From positions 3,162,754-3,213,490 of the forward strand of contig NC_068988.1 in assembly GCF_001194135.2 (NCBI RefSeq): a stretch of DNA of 50,737 bases. The letters run 5' to 3'. Source of the DNA: Octopus bimaculoides (taxonomy: Eukaryota). Under the pieces are notes generated by a model, which did not search any database, had not been told where the DNA came from, and was given only the letters and a program-made list of their open reading frames with translations. The position numbers and the translations under genes are program-made. Positions 12,282 through 24,260 of this stretch are shown piece after piece (the stretch's first letter is position 1; each line of letters starts with the position of its first letter).

Positions 12282-13011
12282 AAAAATCCAGCAGAAGAAG
12301 ATTTGATTTGGTTTTTCTCAAACGAGAGAAACTTTGACCAAGATCAAAAAGTTAACAGAAGAAATGACGGATGGTTATATACAGACCCTTCTGAAGTTCC
12401 AAGTGTTAGGCATACACATTTCCTGCAACTATCATGGTTTTAGGGGTTGTCAGCAATGAAGGACATGTGATGCCTCCTTACTTCTTTCCACAAGGCCTTA
12501 GAGTTAACTCTGGTGCCTACATTGAGGTCCTGGAAATAATTGTTAAGCCTTGATTAGACAGTGTATGCAATGGAAGGCCAAATGTGTTCCAGTAAGACTC
12601 TGCATTATCACACATGGCTCTAGTAACATAGGAATGGATGGCTGAAAATTTTCATGATCACATAACCCCTAATTCCCCAGATCTCAATCCATTGGACTAT
12701 TACATGTGGAGCATTGTTGAAAGAGAGGTCAATGAAAACACCCATAACACCAAAAATTCTATGAAAGCTGCCATGGTCAGAGTAATGTCCAAAATGAACG
12801 AGGACCACTTGATTCCAGCATGTAGATGATTTAGATCTGATATAGAAGCAGTTGTTGAAGCTGAAGGTGGCTTTATTGAATAACATTATAGAAAAGGTTT
12901 ATTTTTATCCTCATAGCGTTTTTTGATAAAGTTATTATCTGTTATTATATATCTGTTTTTTTTTTTTATTATAAACATAAATTAGTCCTCAAATATCTTG
13001 CGCACCCTGTA
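12282..13011 (+). mobile_element. Tc1/mariner transposase pseudogene, DD37D (maT)-like; C-terminal half plus right TIR
   Basis: Translates, with a frameshift and stops, to LIWFFSNERNFDQDQKVNRRNDGW..PATIMVLGVVSNEGHVMPPYFFPQGLRVN..FQ*DSALSH..SPDLNPLDYYMWSIVE..EAEGGFIE*; ends caccctg-TA, i.e. TA-CAGGGTG on the other strand. Confidence 0.9.
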
Positions 13012-13043
13012 GATGACATTCTCTCTTCCTCTTTCTCTCACTC

Positions 13044-13076
<33 letters not shown>

Positions 13077-13359
13077 CTCTATACTAACGTTTTGGTTCAT
13101 GGTGTGGTGCAAGACGTTTTGTGCTTCTGAAGTGAGTGTGAGTGCAAAACATTCTCAGAATATTGGGTTAACCTCTTCTCTTCTTTTTCACTTCTACTTG
13201 CCATTACTTCAACATTCCAATAAAAACTTGTTGAAAACTTTACCCTTTTTCACTCCTCACAATAATAATAATTATTGACACCTAGAATTTCCTTCAGACT
13301 TTAAACTAGAGTCTAAGACACTTGTTGACAACAGCTCTTTATTGCGCTGCTATTCTTTG

Positions 13360-13545
13360 GTAACAGATCAGCCCTGACCTAGTAGAACTACAATCGAAGA
13401 CATTCCAACCAGAATTATCTCATCTTTTCAGCCAGAGTGTATCTCAGTGTATGTCATCTGATGTATCATTCAACTTTTTGAAGATAGTAGGAAGTCACTT
13501 GACTGCTATGTCTAGTAGTTGAGCAGCCGTATAGAGGCTTTTCCT
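13360..13545 (+). mobile_element. Dispersed retroelement 3' fragment (family D, unassigned)
   Basis: cagatcagccctgacc...cattcca and ctgctatgtctagtag...agaggcttttcc are shared with 25430, 44340 and 47095(-). Confidence 0.55.
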
Positions 13546-13835
13546 TTTGCTAAACAACGCCATTACTCTCTATAGCTGTTATCATTACCATCAATGGCTT
13601 ACCACAATTATCTAATATCATTTTCCTGAAATAATAAAAATATTCCAGCCTCTTAGATAAATTATTTCATAATTTTCGATCAACTGTCAAATCTTGTCTA
13701 TTTTTTTCTTTCTTTTTTGTTTTCATAAGTTCATTTCTTATATTCTCTCAGACGTTTAAGAAAATTAATTTTGAAATTAACTTGGCCACAAGCAGCTTGA
13801 AAATATCTAATCTATTGTTCATATAAATGCATATA

Positions 13836-14250
13836 ATCATCACATCATCTTCATCTGTTTTCTATGCTGGCATGGTTGGAGAGTTTGCTAGGAAGTGGCC
13901 AGCTGCATAGCGTCCCAGGTTCCACTCGTCTGCTTTGACATCGTCTCTATGGCTGGATGCCTTTCCTGATCCCAACAGAGTGTGTGTGGGGTGCTTTTTA
14001 TGTGGCACTGGCACAGGCATTATATCACATGGTACAAGCATCGGCACTTTGATGTGACACCAGCAAACCAGGGTCCATCAAGAGAAGGGCCTCCCAGCTG
14101 AAACAGGGATTTGGAGGACATACCTGTGTGTATGGGCAACCACTGTTTTACTGAGCTTGACATGCCCTCTCATGCACAGCAAACAGCCAGGAGTCTCAAT
14201 CACTTGTCATCTCGTCTGGGAAGCCCAAAATCTGAAGATCCTTTCTCACT
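13836..14250 (-). mobile_element. RTE-type retroelement 3' end (variant, as at 1556 and 30736)
   Basis: (CAT)n, ttttctatgctggcatggttgga, ggctggatgcctttcctgat, ggtgctttttatgtggcactggcac. Confidence 0.7.
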
Positions 14251-14264
14251 ATGCATTACACACA

Positions 14265-14455
14265 TGTGTGTGTGTGTGGGGGTGCTTGTGTGTTTGTGTC
14301 TGTGCCCCTACCATTGTGTGACAACTAATGTTGGTGTGTTTACGTCCCCATAACTTAGCGGTTTAGCAAAAAGACTAAGTCCTGGGGTCAATCTGTTCAT
14401 CTAAAGGTGGTGCTCCAGCATGGCTGCAGTCCAATAACTGAAACAAGTAAAAGCA
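14265..14455 (+). mobile_element. SINE tail type A
   Basis: ttggtgtgtttacgtccccataacttagcgg...aaggtggtgctccagcatggctgcagtccaataactgaaacaagtaaaag is the reverse complement of the 27619 tail. Confidence 0.85.
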
Positions 14456-15029
14456 TATACAGTGGTATTTGCATATAATATATACTGATATGCGTATATG
14501 TAGATATATATATGTATCATAGATATAAAGGTGCTGAAATATCTTTACTATACATAGATATACATAGCTACACTTTCCTCGTGATTAATATATAATAGAT
14601 GTTATATGTAGGAATATTGTAGCTGATGAAGCTCTGAGAAAAAAACTTACCAAATTATAATTTAGAACAGAGGAATGTGTGAGATGTCAGAAGTAAAAGT
14701 GAATTTTAGTTTTTATTTCAAATCAATATAAAAATTAAACCAAGTTAGAAAGCTGGACAATGGAGAACAATAGAAATTATGGCTGGAGAAGTCGTGAACT
14801 TTTAGCTGATACTTTCTTTCATATTTAGAAGTGCAATGATAACATTGTCCGTGAGAGAATCACCCGTAAAATGGATATTCAACCAATAAAACATCAACTC
14901 ATCATACAAAATTACTATCTGAAGCCAACAAAATAATTGAAATAGAAATTCTTTAAAATGGTTTATATCTTTGTCTTGTAGTTTCTTGTTGCTCTGCTTC
15001 TTTGGAACAAAAATGTAGAGACACTTTAT

Positions 15030-15052
15030 ATATAGATATATATATGTGTATA

Positions 15053-15103
<51 letters not shown>

Positions 15104-15124
15104 GTATATATATATATACATATG

Positions 15125-15176
<52 letters not shown>

Positions 15177-15225
15177 ACATATACACACATATATATATAT
15201 ATATATACACATGTATATACATAAT
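15030..15225. repeat. Compound (TA)n/(CA)n/(TG)n microsatellite
   Basis: Direct tandem dinucleotides. Confidence 0.95.
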
Positions 15226-15336
15226 GCGATGAATAAATTGTTGCCTAAACTATGCAAAATGAAAATAACTCTGACATCATCATTTTAACAGATATATTTA
15301 CCAAAATTACATTAAAATATCTTGAAATACTAAAGA

Positions 15337-15494
15337 GGTGCAGAAGTGGCTGTGTGGTGAGTAGCTTGCTAAACAACCACATGATTCTGGGTTCAATCTC
15401 ACTGCATGGCACATTGGGCAAGTGTCTACTACTATAGCCATGGGCTGACCAAAGCCTTGTGAGTGGATTTGGTAGACAGAAACAGAAAGAAGCC

Positions 15495-15500
<6 letters not shown>
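15337..15500 (+). mobile_element. tRNA/CORE-like SINE head
   Basis: Pol III A-box-like tggctgtgtggt, B-box-like gggttcaatctc, CORE-like ggcacattgggcaagtgtct; ends aaagaagcccattgt-(AT)n. Confidence 0.88.
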
Positions 15501-15530
<30 letters not shown>

Positions 15531-16375
15531 TGCTATATTGGTAACAATTACATGTTTTTCTATGAACACACACATATATATATATATATGTATGTATGTG
15601 TGTGTATGTGTTTGTGTGTGTGTGTATACATATACATATACATATATATGTATATGTGTATACACACACACACATGTGTATGTGTGTGTTGTGTACGTGA
15701 GCATTTGTGATAGTGTGTATATGTAAATGTGCATTTATTTTGAACAAATTTTATATTTTCAGCTCAATCTTTCCTATTGCAGAAATTTTAAAAATCAATT
15801 GCATTTCATTTCTTTTTTTTTATTATTTAGAAAAACGTGCACGCTTGTGTGTATGTGTGTATAAATATACATATATATGTATATATTTATTATGCTTATT
15901 TATCTACTTTCAAGCAAAATTTGATGATTACAACAATATTGCACTGCAACAATATTAATGTATATATAATGTTAATAATAATGATAAAAATAATAATAAT
16001 GATAATATAAAGTTTTATAATAATATTTTAATATAAAGAAGCCATAAATCTCTTAACAGAATACTTATATTTTTGGTTACAATGAGAAGTTAGAGAAACT
16101 ATGAAAATGAAGTTTATTTATTTGAAGAGACCTTTTTAAAAGGAAATTCTGTTGGTTCAAGAATAATTGAAAACTATTTCTGTAAGACATCTTTCTTTGT
16201 ATATATTGTTGCTCTTTAAATAATGCTGGCTTTCAAAATTAATTCAGACTTTCAGAATATTAGTTATTCAACTACTGGTCTACTAGTCTTTAGAAATAAA
16301 GAATTTCTGCATGAAATTCTTCCACTCTATTTTCCACCTTTTTCACCAATTAATTACTCTTTCTAAATATAAATG

Positions 16376-16680
16376 TACCATGGCAGAACAGTTAAGATGT
16401 TTGTTTTTAAGCCATAAAGTTCTGGGTTCAATTAAAGAAGTGCTTTTGGTAAATAGTTTTAGCTTGATCCAAGACTTTTGAGGGAAATTAAGTGAACGGA
16501 AACTATGTGGAAGCCTGTCAGAAGGATTTTACTTGTAATTTAAAGGTCCAGTCTTTGTCCTGAGTCACACTGATTCTGAGTATTTCATTAATGAAACATA
16601 TAGCTGTGAAATATTCAGCTGCTTTTAACAAGCAGTTATATCTGTTAATTAAACAAAGTAATGTTCACCGTTAAACACAA
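16376..16680 (+). mobile_element. Degenerate SINE head with a third tail (type C)
   Basis: tggcagaacagttaag..ctgggttcaatt..ggaaactatgtggaagcctgtca followed by ttgtaatttaaaggtccagtctttgtc, unlike tails A and B. Confidence 0.45.
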
Positions 16681-16825
16681 CAGAAATCTATTTTGTTTTA
16701 ACTGTTTCAAAAGATGAAACATTTAATAAATGCCTCAGAATTTAAACAATTCACCAACATTCCTTTGTTCATTCAGTATTGAGTTCTATTTGTCCTGTTT
16801 GTGTAACCAAGCCTAAATATAAAAC

Positions 16826-17043
16826 TATTGATTTCAAATTTGGACACATGACCAGCAGTTTTGGGGAATATGTTAAGATGATTATATCGACTCTTGTATG
16901 CAACTGGTACTTATTTTATCAACCCAGAAAGGTTTAAAGGTAATATTGCCCTCAACAGAATTTGAACTCAGAACTTAAAGATGGATGAAATGCTGCTAAG
17001 CATTTTGTTTGATGAGTTAACGATTCTGCCAGTTTTGCTCCCT
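16826..17043 (-). mobile_element. tRNA-derived SINE family E, near full length
   Basis: caactggtacttattttatcaacccagaaagg...cagaatttgaactcagaac...aacgattctgccag is the reverse complement of the 33320 copy. Confidence 0.85.
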
Positions 17044-17939
17044 TAAAATATTTTTATATTCACTTTATTTAGAGTTTGTTCTAATCAAATTTTAAATTAG
17101 TAGATGACAACAATGTTGCCATAATTGCTAACAAGTTCATGTTTGTAATTATCGTTATTGTGATAGATAACCAGTCATTGAGGCAAAGGTTCATATTGAC
17201 AAAAGTATTGTGATGTTTTGTCCATAGTCAAGACATTTAACTCTGCAATGACCAAATGACCCACCAAATTTCCCATTTATCTATTGATCTCTGACTTGAA
17301 GAGAATGTCAGAATCTAAATGTTTTGTAAAATTACTAAACATATATTGATTTATTACAGAGAGAGGTGGGGAGAATGGAGAGAGAGAGAGACAGAGGTGT
17401 ATCCATATGTATGTACGTCTGTGTGTGTAAAGGTTTGATTGTGTCTGTAGAATTTAAAGTATATTGTTCCACATATATAACACACTTTAGTTTAATAATA
17501 TTGACTTAGAATAATTTATGAACATATGAGAACAAGACGGCAGAGCATCTGAGTAATATTCAGTGAAAGAAAAGTGTTGCAAGAGGGACCACTCAGCCTA
17601 CCTCTTATCACATTTTTGAAGGGGTACAAAACTGTCCTCTTGCTGCCTTGTGGGGTCAAAAATATTGTTTCTTTCCTACCTGGATATCCTTCCTATGCAA
17701 CTGCTTAAAGGTAACTAAATTCAGAAACTAAACCATATTCCATCTTGATGCCATCAGTTGAACCCTTGAGGTCCTTTGATTCCACCCAGTTTAAGTATTC
17801 AGTGTGGCCCCTAATTTGATGATGACCTCCTTCCTTCATATTATTAATCTTGGAAGTCTGGGAAACAATCATTTGTGCTGCCCTTTTCTTTTAGATAAAG
17901 TGACTTCAGATGTAAGGAAAAAGACCTGCATTGTAAGAA

Positions 17940-18040
17940 AGGGTACAACAATTAAACTGGCCCCTGGACTGGATTGGTACTTGATTTTGTGACCCAGAAA
18001 TATTAAAGACAAAATGCAACACAAGATTGAACTCTAACTG
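17940..18040 (-). mobile_element. SINE family E remnant
   Basis: ggcccctggactggattggtacttgattttgtgacccagaaa...gattgaactct. Confidence 0.5.
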
Positions 18041-18891
18041 TAATGATCTGAAGCTAATTATTCCAAGTCATTTTGTTGAATACTATTACATTTCTGTCAG
18101 TTTAGATGATGATAAAAATATGTTTGAAAGGTTATCTAACTTAAAAGACAAACTGTATCATCTTAAACATGTCCTATACTAAAAGCTTTGCAATTTTCAG
18201 CCAAGCAGTGTAAAATGTTTCTTTATTCTAGATGTGAAACAAAAATTGTGATAAACTTAGATTTGTTATATTACTGTGCTCACAGCATCATCTTTCTATG
18301 ATGCCATTTGGGAGGAATTTATGGAGTGTAAAGCTTCTCCCTAGTACAACTAAAAAGGCAGAGTTGGTTAGTAACCTTCTTTGGCAAATAGTTCTTATGT
18401 AATGCCTCTAGTTTTATGGCAGCAATAGCAGTGTTAAACTGCTCAAAGAATCTCCCTTTACTTCAAGATTAAAGATTAGGATTAGTTTACATAAACAAAA
18501 GTTTACAATCAGTATAAGCTAGCTGCTATGAAATAAATACATCAAGTATTTTCATTTGTACATGAAAATATGTAGAATAAAACTCAGTTTAATGTAACAT
18601 TGATTAATACCATAACATTCTTAAGTTAGGTTGGCAAAGGCTGGGAGAGGAACTTGTGCATAGAGCTTGATAAAATGAAAGCATTAACCATGCTTCATGC
18701 AGTAAACTCCCTAAAAAACTTTGCAATATGCTTATGATCTCAAATTTGAGAAAGAGAGATTCTCCTATATTAGGGCTAAAATTTAAGTCAAATGATAAAT
18801 TTCAGTTCTTGACTAGCACACCAGGTTTCTTGCCTCTGCATATCACTGTTTTCTGATCTTAAGTATTCTATCAGCTTTACTTTTATTTCAG

Positions 18892-18915
18892 ATTTGCTTA
18901 ACATCTCTACCTCAG
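18892..18915 (+). other. Candidate 24-nt microexon
   Basis: tttacttttatttcag|ATTTGCTTAACATCTCTACCTCAG|gtaatt; open in two frames. Splice signals only, no transcript evidence. Confidence 0.25.
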
Positions 18916-20527
18916 GTAATTATTAGTAAAGTGACCCATCACTACAATAACAAAGTTTCATCTATGAAAAAGCTGATTGCAGTCGTGCATTTTATAAATA
19001 ACTTAGACATGTATTAATGCCTCATGTACGTGTGAGGATATGCTTAAACTAACACGGTGGTTAAACTAATACATGGCTGTTTCATTATCATCTCAGAGAA
19101 ACATCAGACACAAAAAGAGAAATAAATGCTTCTATATCAGAACTATAATATCTATGATGAAAGAGAAGGAAATAGCTGTAACTGACACATTTAGTTCCTT
19201 CTTATCTTCAATAAATCTCAGAACATGTAGAATAAATATAATTTCCATCTGGTAAAACTGTTAGTGAACAAAGCTAAGTATACAGAATGTACTTTAGTTC
19301 AGCAACATTATTAACTGAAATAGTGATTGAACAGAAACACCAGACTAAAATTACATGAAAATTTATAGTTAAGAAACAACACTAAAAATTCATTCATGAA
19401 CAAAGATACTAAATTGAGAACAAATTAATTTAATGGCAGTAAAAAGAAAATCGAATAAAGGGTGAAAATTGCAATGATAAAGATTTCTTTTAAATTATGC
19501 AAGTGAAACAAATTAATTTTTTTATAAACTTTTTCATAGATAAATCATTTTTGATTCCAGTAAAGAAAATATTAAAGAAAAGTAGCTTTCACACTGACTA
19601 TATAAAGCATTTGTAAGCAGAAATTAATTAGTTTTTATATCAATTAAAAATATGTTATTCTAAGGGAGATTAATTTTAGACAAATTTAGATAAACAGCTA
19701 TGGCTTGTAGAAATTTGTATCCATTTAGATTGCTTCTGGCCATTCCACGAAAGAACTACCATTTGAGTGATTTTAAAGAGATGTTTGTTAAATAAACAGG
19801 TAGAAAATGGAGAAACCATACAATAATCAGTGTAACATTGTAATCAGACATAGAATAATGGAATGCTTTTAAAGTATAGAAAATTTATAAATATATCAAA
19901 CTAGGGAAAATTGATCAGTCAGCTGAAGAGTTTTATGGTTAATACCATACTGTACTACAGGGTTGTCTGCATATTCAGTGCTCAAACGACCCAGTACAGC
20001 TACATATAAACAGATACAATGGGCAATTAGATGTTACTACAGTAAGGAATATGAGCATTATATCTTTGATAAATACTTCACTTGTTTACAGTACTAAGTT
20101 TAAATATGGGCAAGTGTTTTTATGTCTTATAGATATACTTACACTACTTGAAAGCATATTATAGACAAACGATTTTTGTGGTTTCTGAAAAGCCAGTTAG
20201 TTAAGTGCTATACTAGCTTTCAGAATTATTTTTCATAGGAAAAGTACAAGTATAAAAGAATGGGATAGAGTAGACTTTTATGCCAATTACCAAAAGAGTT
20301 TTGACCAAAATATATAAATAAAATAGATATGGAATATAGCTTCTATAGAACAATACTGTACTGGGGGCTTGTAATTTTTTTAATATTAATTCGCTGTTTT
20401 AACAGAGCATCATATTTCATTGATTTTAGTGTTATAATACTGTGATTTTGCATCAAATTGTTATTTTTACATTGATGTGATTTGTATTAAAAGCTAAACA
20501 CAAAGTTAAGATTTGCCTTTATCACAG

Positions 20528-20646
20528 AAGCAACTCCAAAGACTGCATTACCATACACAGTTGCAAGGATGAGACACAGGAACAGCCATGCATGTCTTCA
20601 TTAGCCTCCAATGATACAAGACACCAAAGAAGTGAAGAGCTTAATG
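20528..20646 (+). CDS. Candidate 119-nt coding exon, unknown protein
   Basis: tttgcctttatcacag| ... aatg|gttaga; one open frame, SNSKDCITIHSCKDETQEQPCMSSLASNDTRHQRSEELN; GC-richer than flanks. No recognisable domain. Confidence 0.2.
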
Positions 20647-20840
20647 GTTAGAGACCCAGTCTCTCTACAACCCAAATGCCAAGTGCTGAAAACGTAATTT
20701 ACTACATTTGAAAATACTTAGGGCTTGTGGTTTCAGGTTGATTTGATATTTTTACATTGCTTAGCATTGTATTAATATTGGAGCCATGAGACCAAAATTT
20801 TAGATTGAGTTGGTATTTTCACAATTCTCTGATTTGAGAT

Positions 20841-21332
20841 CAAACGTGAGGAACTTGCAGCCCTTGAAAAAATTAACAGTAGCTTTTGAAAGAAATATAT
20901 TTGCAGGAATATCATTTTATATTTTTACTGATTTAATTTTATTCAAATCCTTTTCTTCAACTAAATGTGAATTTTAGAAATAGCTCTTTGTATTTTTTAT
21001 TGACACTTGTAATTACTTTAAAAAAATGTAAATGTGAACTGCAGCCAAACACATGCATTGAGTTGTTGCCATTTGTGTTACCACGACTATCTTCAGAAGA
21101 TGGCCGTGGATGCTTTTAAATTAAAACACACTTTGCTATTATAAAAATGCTGCTTTTATAAATTTAGGCTACCTGTTAAAATTTAGCTAAATTTTGTTAG
21201 AATTTTTATGACTAATTATATTTTATAAAATAAGTGAGGTATAGAAATATAAAATATTTTTTTAATGCAGTTTAGTCAAATGGCAGTTAACTTTAATGTG
21301 GCCATCCAACATAAAAAGGTTCTCCACTTCTG
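20841..21332 (+). mobile_element. hAT (Charlie-like) MITE, copy 1
   Basis: Left end caaacgtgaggaacttgcagccc resembles CAGGGGTGGGGAACC; right end aaaggttctccacttctg; 8-bp flanks tttgagat / ttttatat match 6/8, a possible decayed TSD. Confidence 0.6.
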
Positions 21333-21490
21333 TTTTATATGAAAATAATCCTAGTGTCATGACACAATGATTTTATATTCCGTTGTTATTTTATGTTGCT
21401 GTGATTTTAGATGCTAAAGATACTCGTATCACAAACCATGATTTTTTTTTTTTATCAAATTGTTGTTTTTACATTGCTGGGATAATAGTT

Positions 21491-22158
21491 CAAAGGTGGT
21501 GAACCTGAGGTCATTTGAAAGTAATACAACATTTGATTGGAAAATCATTATATTGGAGCATATTTTTCTTGATTTAGTTTTATTTAAAGCATATTTTTTC
21601 AATTAATTGTCAAACTTAGAAATGCTCATTTATATTCTTTTATCTCGTAATTACTTTCAGAAAACGTAAATGTAAACTATAGCCCAGCACAAACCTCATT
21701 TTGTCGCAATGTCCAACTCTTTAATCCCACAGCATTTAATTTGACCATATCTGTCCCGAATATTCTGTCTGTCTTATATTCAAACCAAACAGATCCAGCC
21801 TCTTCCACTTACCCAACAATGTCATTCTAAATATATACAATCACATCATTGAAATATTGAAGCTACCAGATAATGCGCAATTAATTGAAAACAATGTGAA
21901 TAAAGAAGCAGAATATTTGACAGAGTAATCTGCATGCTAAAGGCTTGATGATGGCCATGAGACTTCTGTATTTAATTGTGTTTTGCTATGACAAAGATGT
22001 AAGGCAGCTGTTACCTTTTCTTAGAGATTTTATGATTTATTATATTTCATAAAATAAGTGAGGTTTAGCAGCACAAAATACATTTTTTTAAAGTGACATT
22101 TTCAGGTGGCAGTTAACTTCAATTCAGCTGTCCAACATAGATAGATTCCAGTCTTCAG
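21491..22158 (+). mobile_element. hAT MITE, copy 2, interrupted by a piggyBac-type MITE
   Basis: Left end caaaggtggtgaacctgagg; collinear with copy 1 (gtaattacttt..aaatgt.aact; cataaaataagtgaggt; ggcagttaactt). Confidence 0.6.
21721..21948 (+). mobile_element. piggyBac-type (TTAA) MITE
   Basis: Begins ttaa..agcattt, ends atgctaaaggcttga (degenerate TIR plus TTAA); reverse-complement homologue at 30192-30419. Confidence 0.75.
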
Positions 22159-23210
22159 TTTTACATGATAAGGTTACTAGTCTGACAAAGTGCAAGTAAC
22201 AGAAAAATAAATTATAATAGAACACAGCTATTTTTTCTTTTGTATCTCTATTTTTATACCATGGCTTATATGGGTTTTTTTCCACACTAGAACTTGTAGA
22301 CATTACTGTTCCTATTACTTGTATAAAATACTTTTCTTTCATTTATGCTCTGCAAATGATAAGATGTCAGCATGTTACACTATCTTTTTATGAATATTCA
22401 ATATTTCTATGTTCAAAAGAAGTGTTTTATCTTTTATTTATTATTTTTAATTCAAGGTCACCAAGTTCTTAACCTCTTATATAAATATCAGATTGTGTAA
22501 TATTTTGATCAATAATCAGTGTATTGTATAAATGTAGATATATTCATGCTTTTATTTATTTGAGTATTTTAAAAAAAATGTATTAAACCTTCATGTAACC
22601 TGATTTATCTCAAACATATTTATTGTTTAGTTGCATAATATTGAAAGCCAAGATCACCATTTATAGTTAATCTGTTGGTCTTGGATGCTTTCTGCATTCG
22701 TGAAATTAGTCTTGTCTCTTGTACATAAGACTAACTGCCATTTTCTATCGCTGCCAATACGTTTTCCTGGTTCTGAGTACGATGCCTTCTTCTAATTCTA
22801 CATCAGTGTTGCATTATCACTGTTTGTAACCTTAGATTAATGTAATCTAACTGAGATGCATTAAACCCAATTTAATTAGCAGTTAACTAGGAAAAAAAAC
22901 AACACACAACATACAAATAAGATTACAATTTTAAGAAAAGCTTTGATTTATAAATCATGTAATGATGACAGTTTTAAAATTAGTGTCATGTATTCAAGTC
23001 TACGATTTGCTATCCACAAGTGTAATTTTTATTGTATGTTTATTTCAATGGATTTTTAATTACTATTCTGTCAGTTTGAAACTAATACTCATAATGTAAT
23101 CTATGTAGTCTAAGGATAAGATTTAAGTGTGTTTTGTTAGACTCAAGTTTTGATAGTCTTTAAGGTGGTATAAAACCAAACAAAAATGTTTTTACTTTTT
23201 ACACTTAAAA

Positions 23211-23268
23211 GTTAACAACAAACAAGATGAGGACAAATATCCGTCAAATGTAAATAATGTAAATAATA
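23211..23268 (+). mobile_element. Penelope-like element terminal fragment
   Basis: gttaacaacaaacaagatgaggacaaatatccgtcaaatgtaaataatgt is nearly identical to the reverse complement of 31615-31662. Confidence 0.7.
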
Positions 23269-23538
23269 TACATTAGAATTGTTCTACTTATTCCCATTCT
23301 TAAAGAATGTATTAAATTAATTATTCAATTAAGAAGGTTATAATAACATCACCTTTTGATAAAGAAAGAATCGAACTGGCCAAAGAAGGAAGAGATGACG
23401 GAAATGGTTGAAGGAATTTGAAGAGAATTGGAACCAATAAAGAAAGGCCAAGAATTGTAAAGTAATGTGTTGCTCGTGTGTAGAGTTTAGTGAAGATGGA
23501 CAGAGAAGCATCAAATAATCAAGAAGCACAACCCAGAC

Positions 23539-24260
23539 TATAAGGGTCATCTAAAAAGTTCATAGGTTGACTATGAAGGAGTGATGTTAGAGCTGTGAAA
23601 TCTTGCAGCCATTAATTTCAATTCCTCATGTTAAAAACTACATTATTTCTTTCCAGGTAAAACTGACATCTGACCCTCCAAAGAAGATTTCAAAAGCAGC
23701 TTGTAATGAATTCTCTTGAAAATGGACAAATTTTGATATCAAGTACCTGCAGAAATAAAATGGCCAATGCTATTAGGATATCTCACGAGAGAGTTGAGAA
23801 TATTCTGCACAATGAACTTGGCATGACAAAAGTTCCAGTTTGGTAGGTGCCAAGTCTTCTGACACCTGATCAAAAGCACTTCAGGCTGATGACATTACAG
23901 TAAAACCTGATTTTGTTTCAGGCAGATCCAGCTGGTTTCCTTAAATGTTTCCTCTGCCAGGATGAGTGTTGGGTTCATCACTTTCAGCTGGAAACAAAAA
24001 GTCAATCCATGCAGTGGAAACATCTCTCTGTGCCTGCTCCAAACAAGTCCGAAGTCGTTTCAACTGCAGGGAAAGTGATGGCCTCAGTTTTTTGGGAGGC
24101 AAAAGGCATTGTGTTTATTGACTATCAATGGAGAGTTACTATGCCAACTTGCAGAGGCTGTTATGAAAGGCCAACAAGTCCAAATGCCCAGGAAAACTGA
24201 TGAAAGGAGTCTTGTTTTATCAGGACAATGCTCCAGCACTCAAATCCTTCATTTCAATGG
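23539..24260 (+). mobile_element. Mariner (DD34D-type, irritans-like) transposase pseudogene with left TIR, internally deleted, 3' end missing
   Basis: TA-taagggtcatctaaaaagttcatagg (CpG-decayed TA-CGAGGG TIR); MANAIRISHERVENILHNELGM..VPSLLTPDQK..QDECWVHHFQLETKSQSMQWKH..STAGKVMASVFWEAKGIVFIDY..KGVLFYQDNAPA. Confidence 0.92.

Noticed and set aside
19940-20360. Possible Tigger/pogo-like remnant bounded by actgta motifs
   Set aside because: No clear TIR pair and no coding match.
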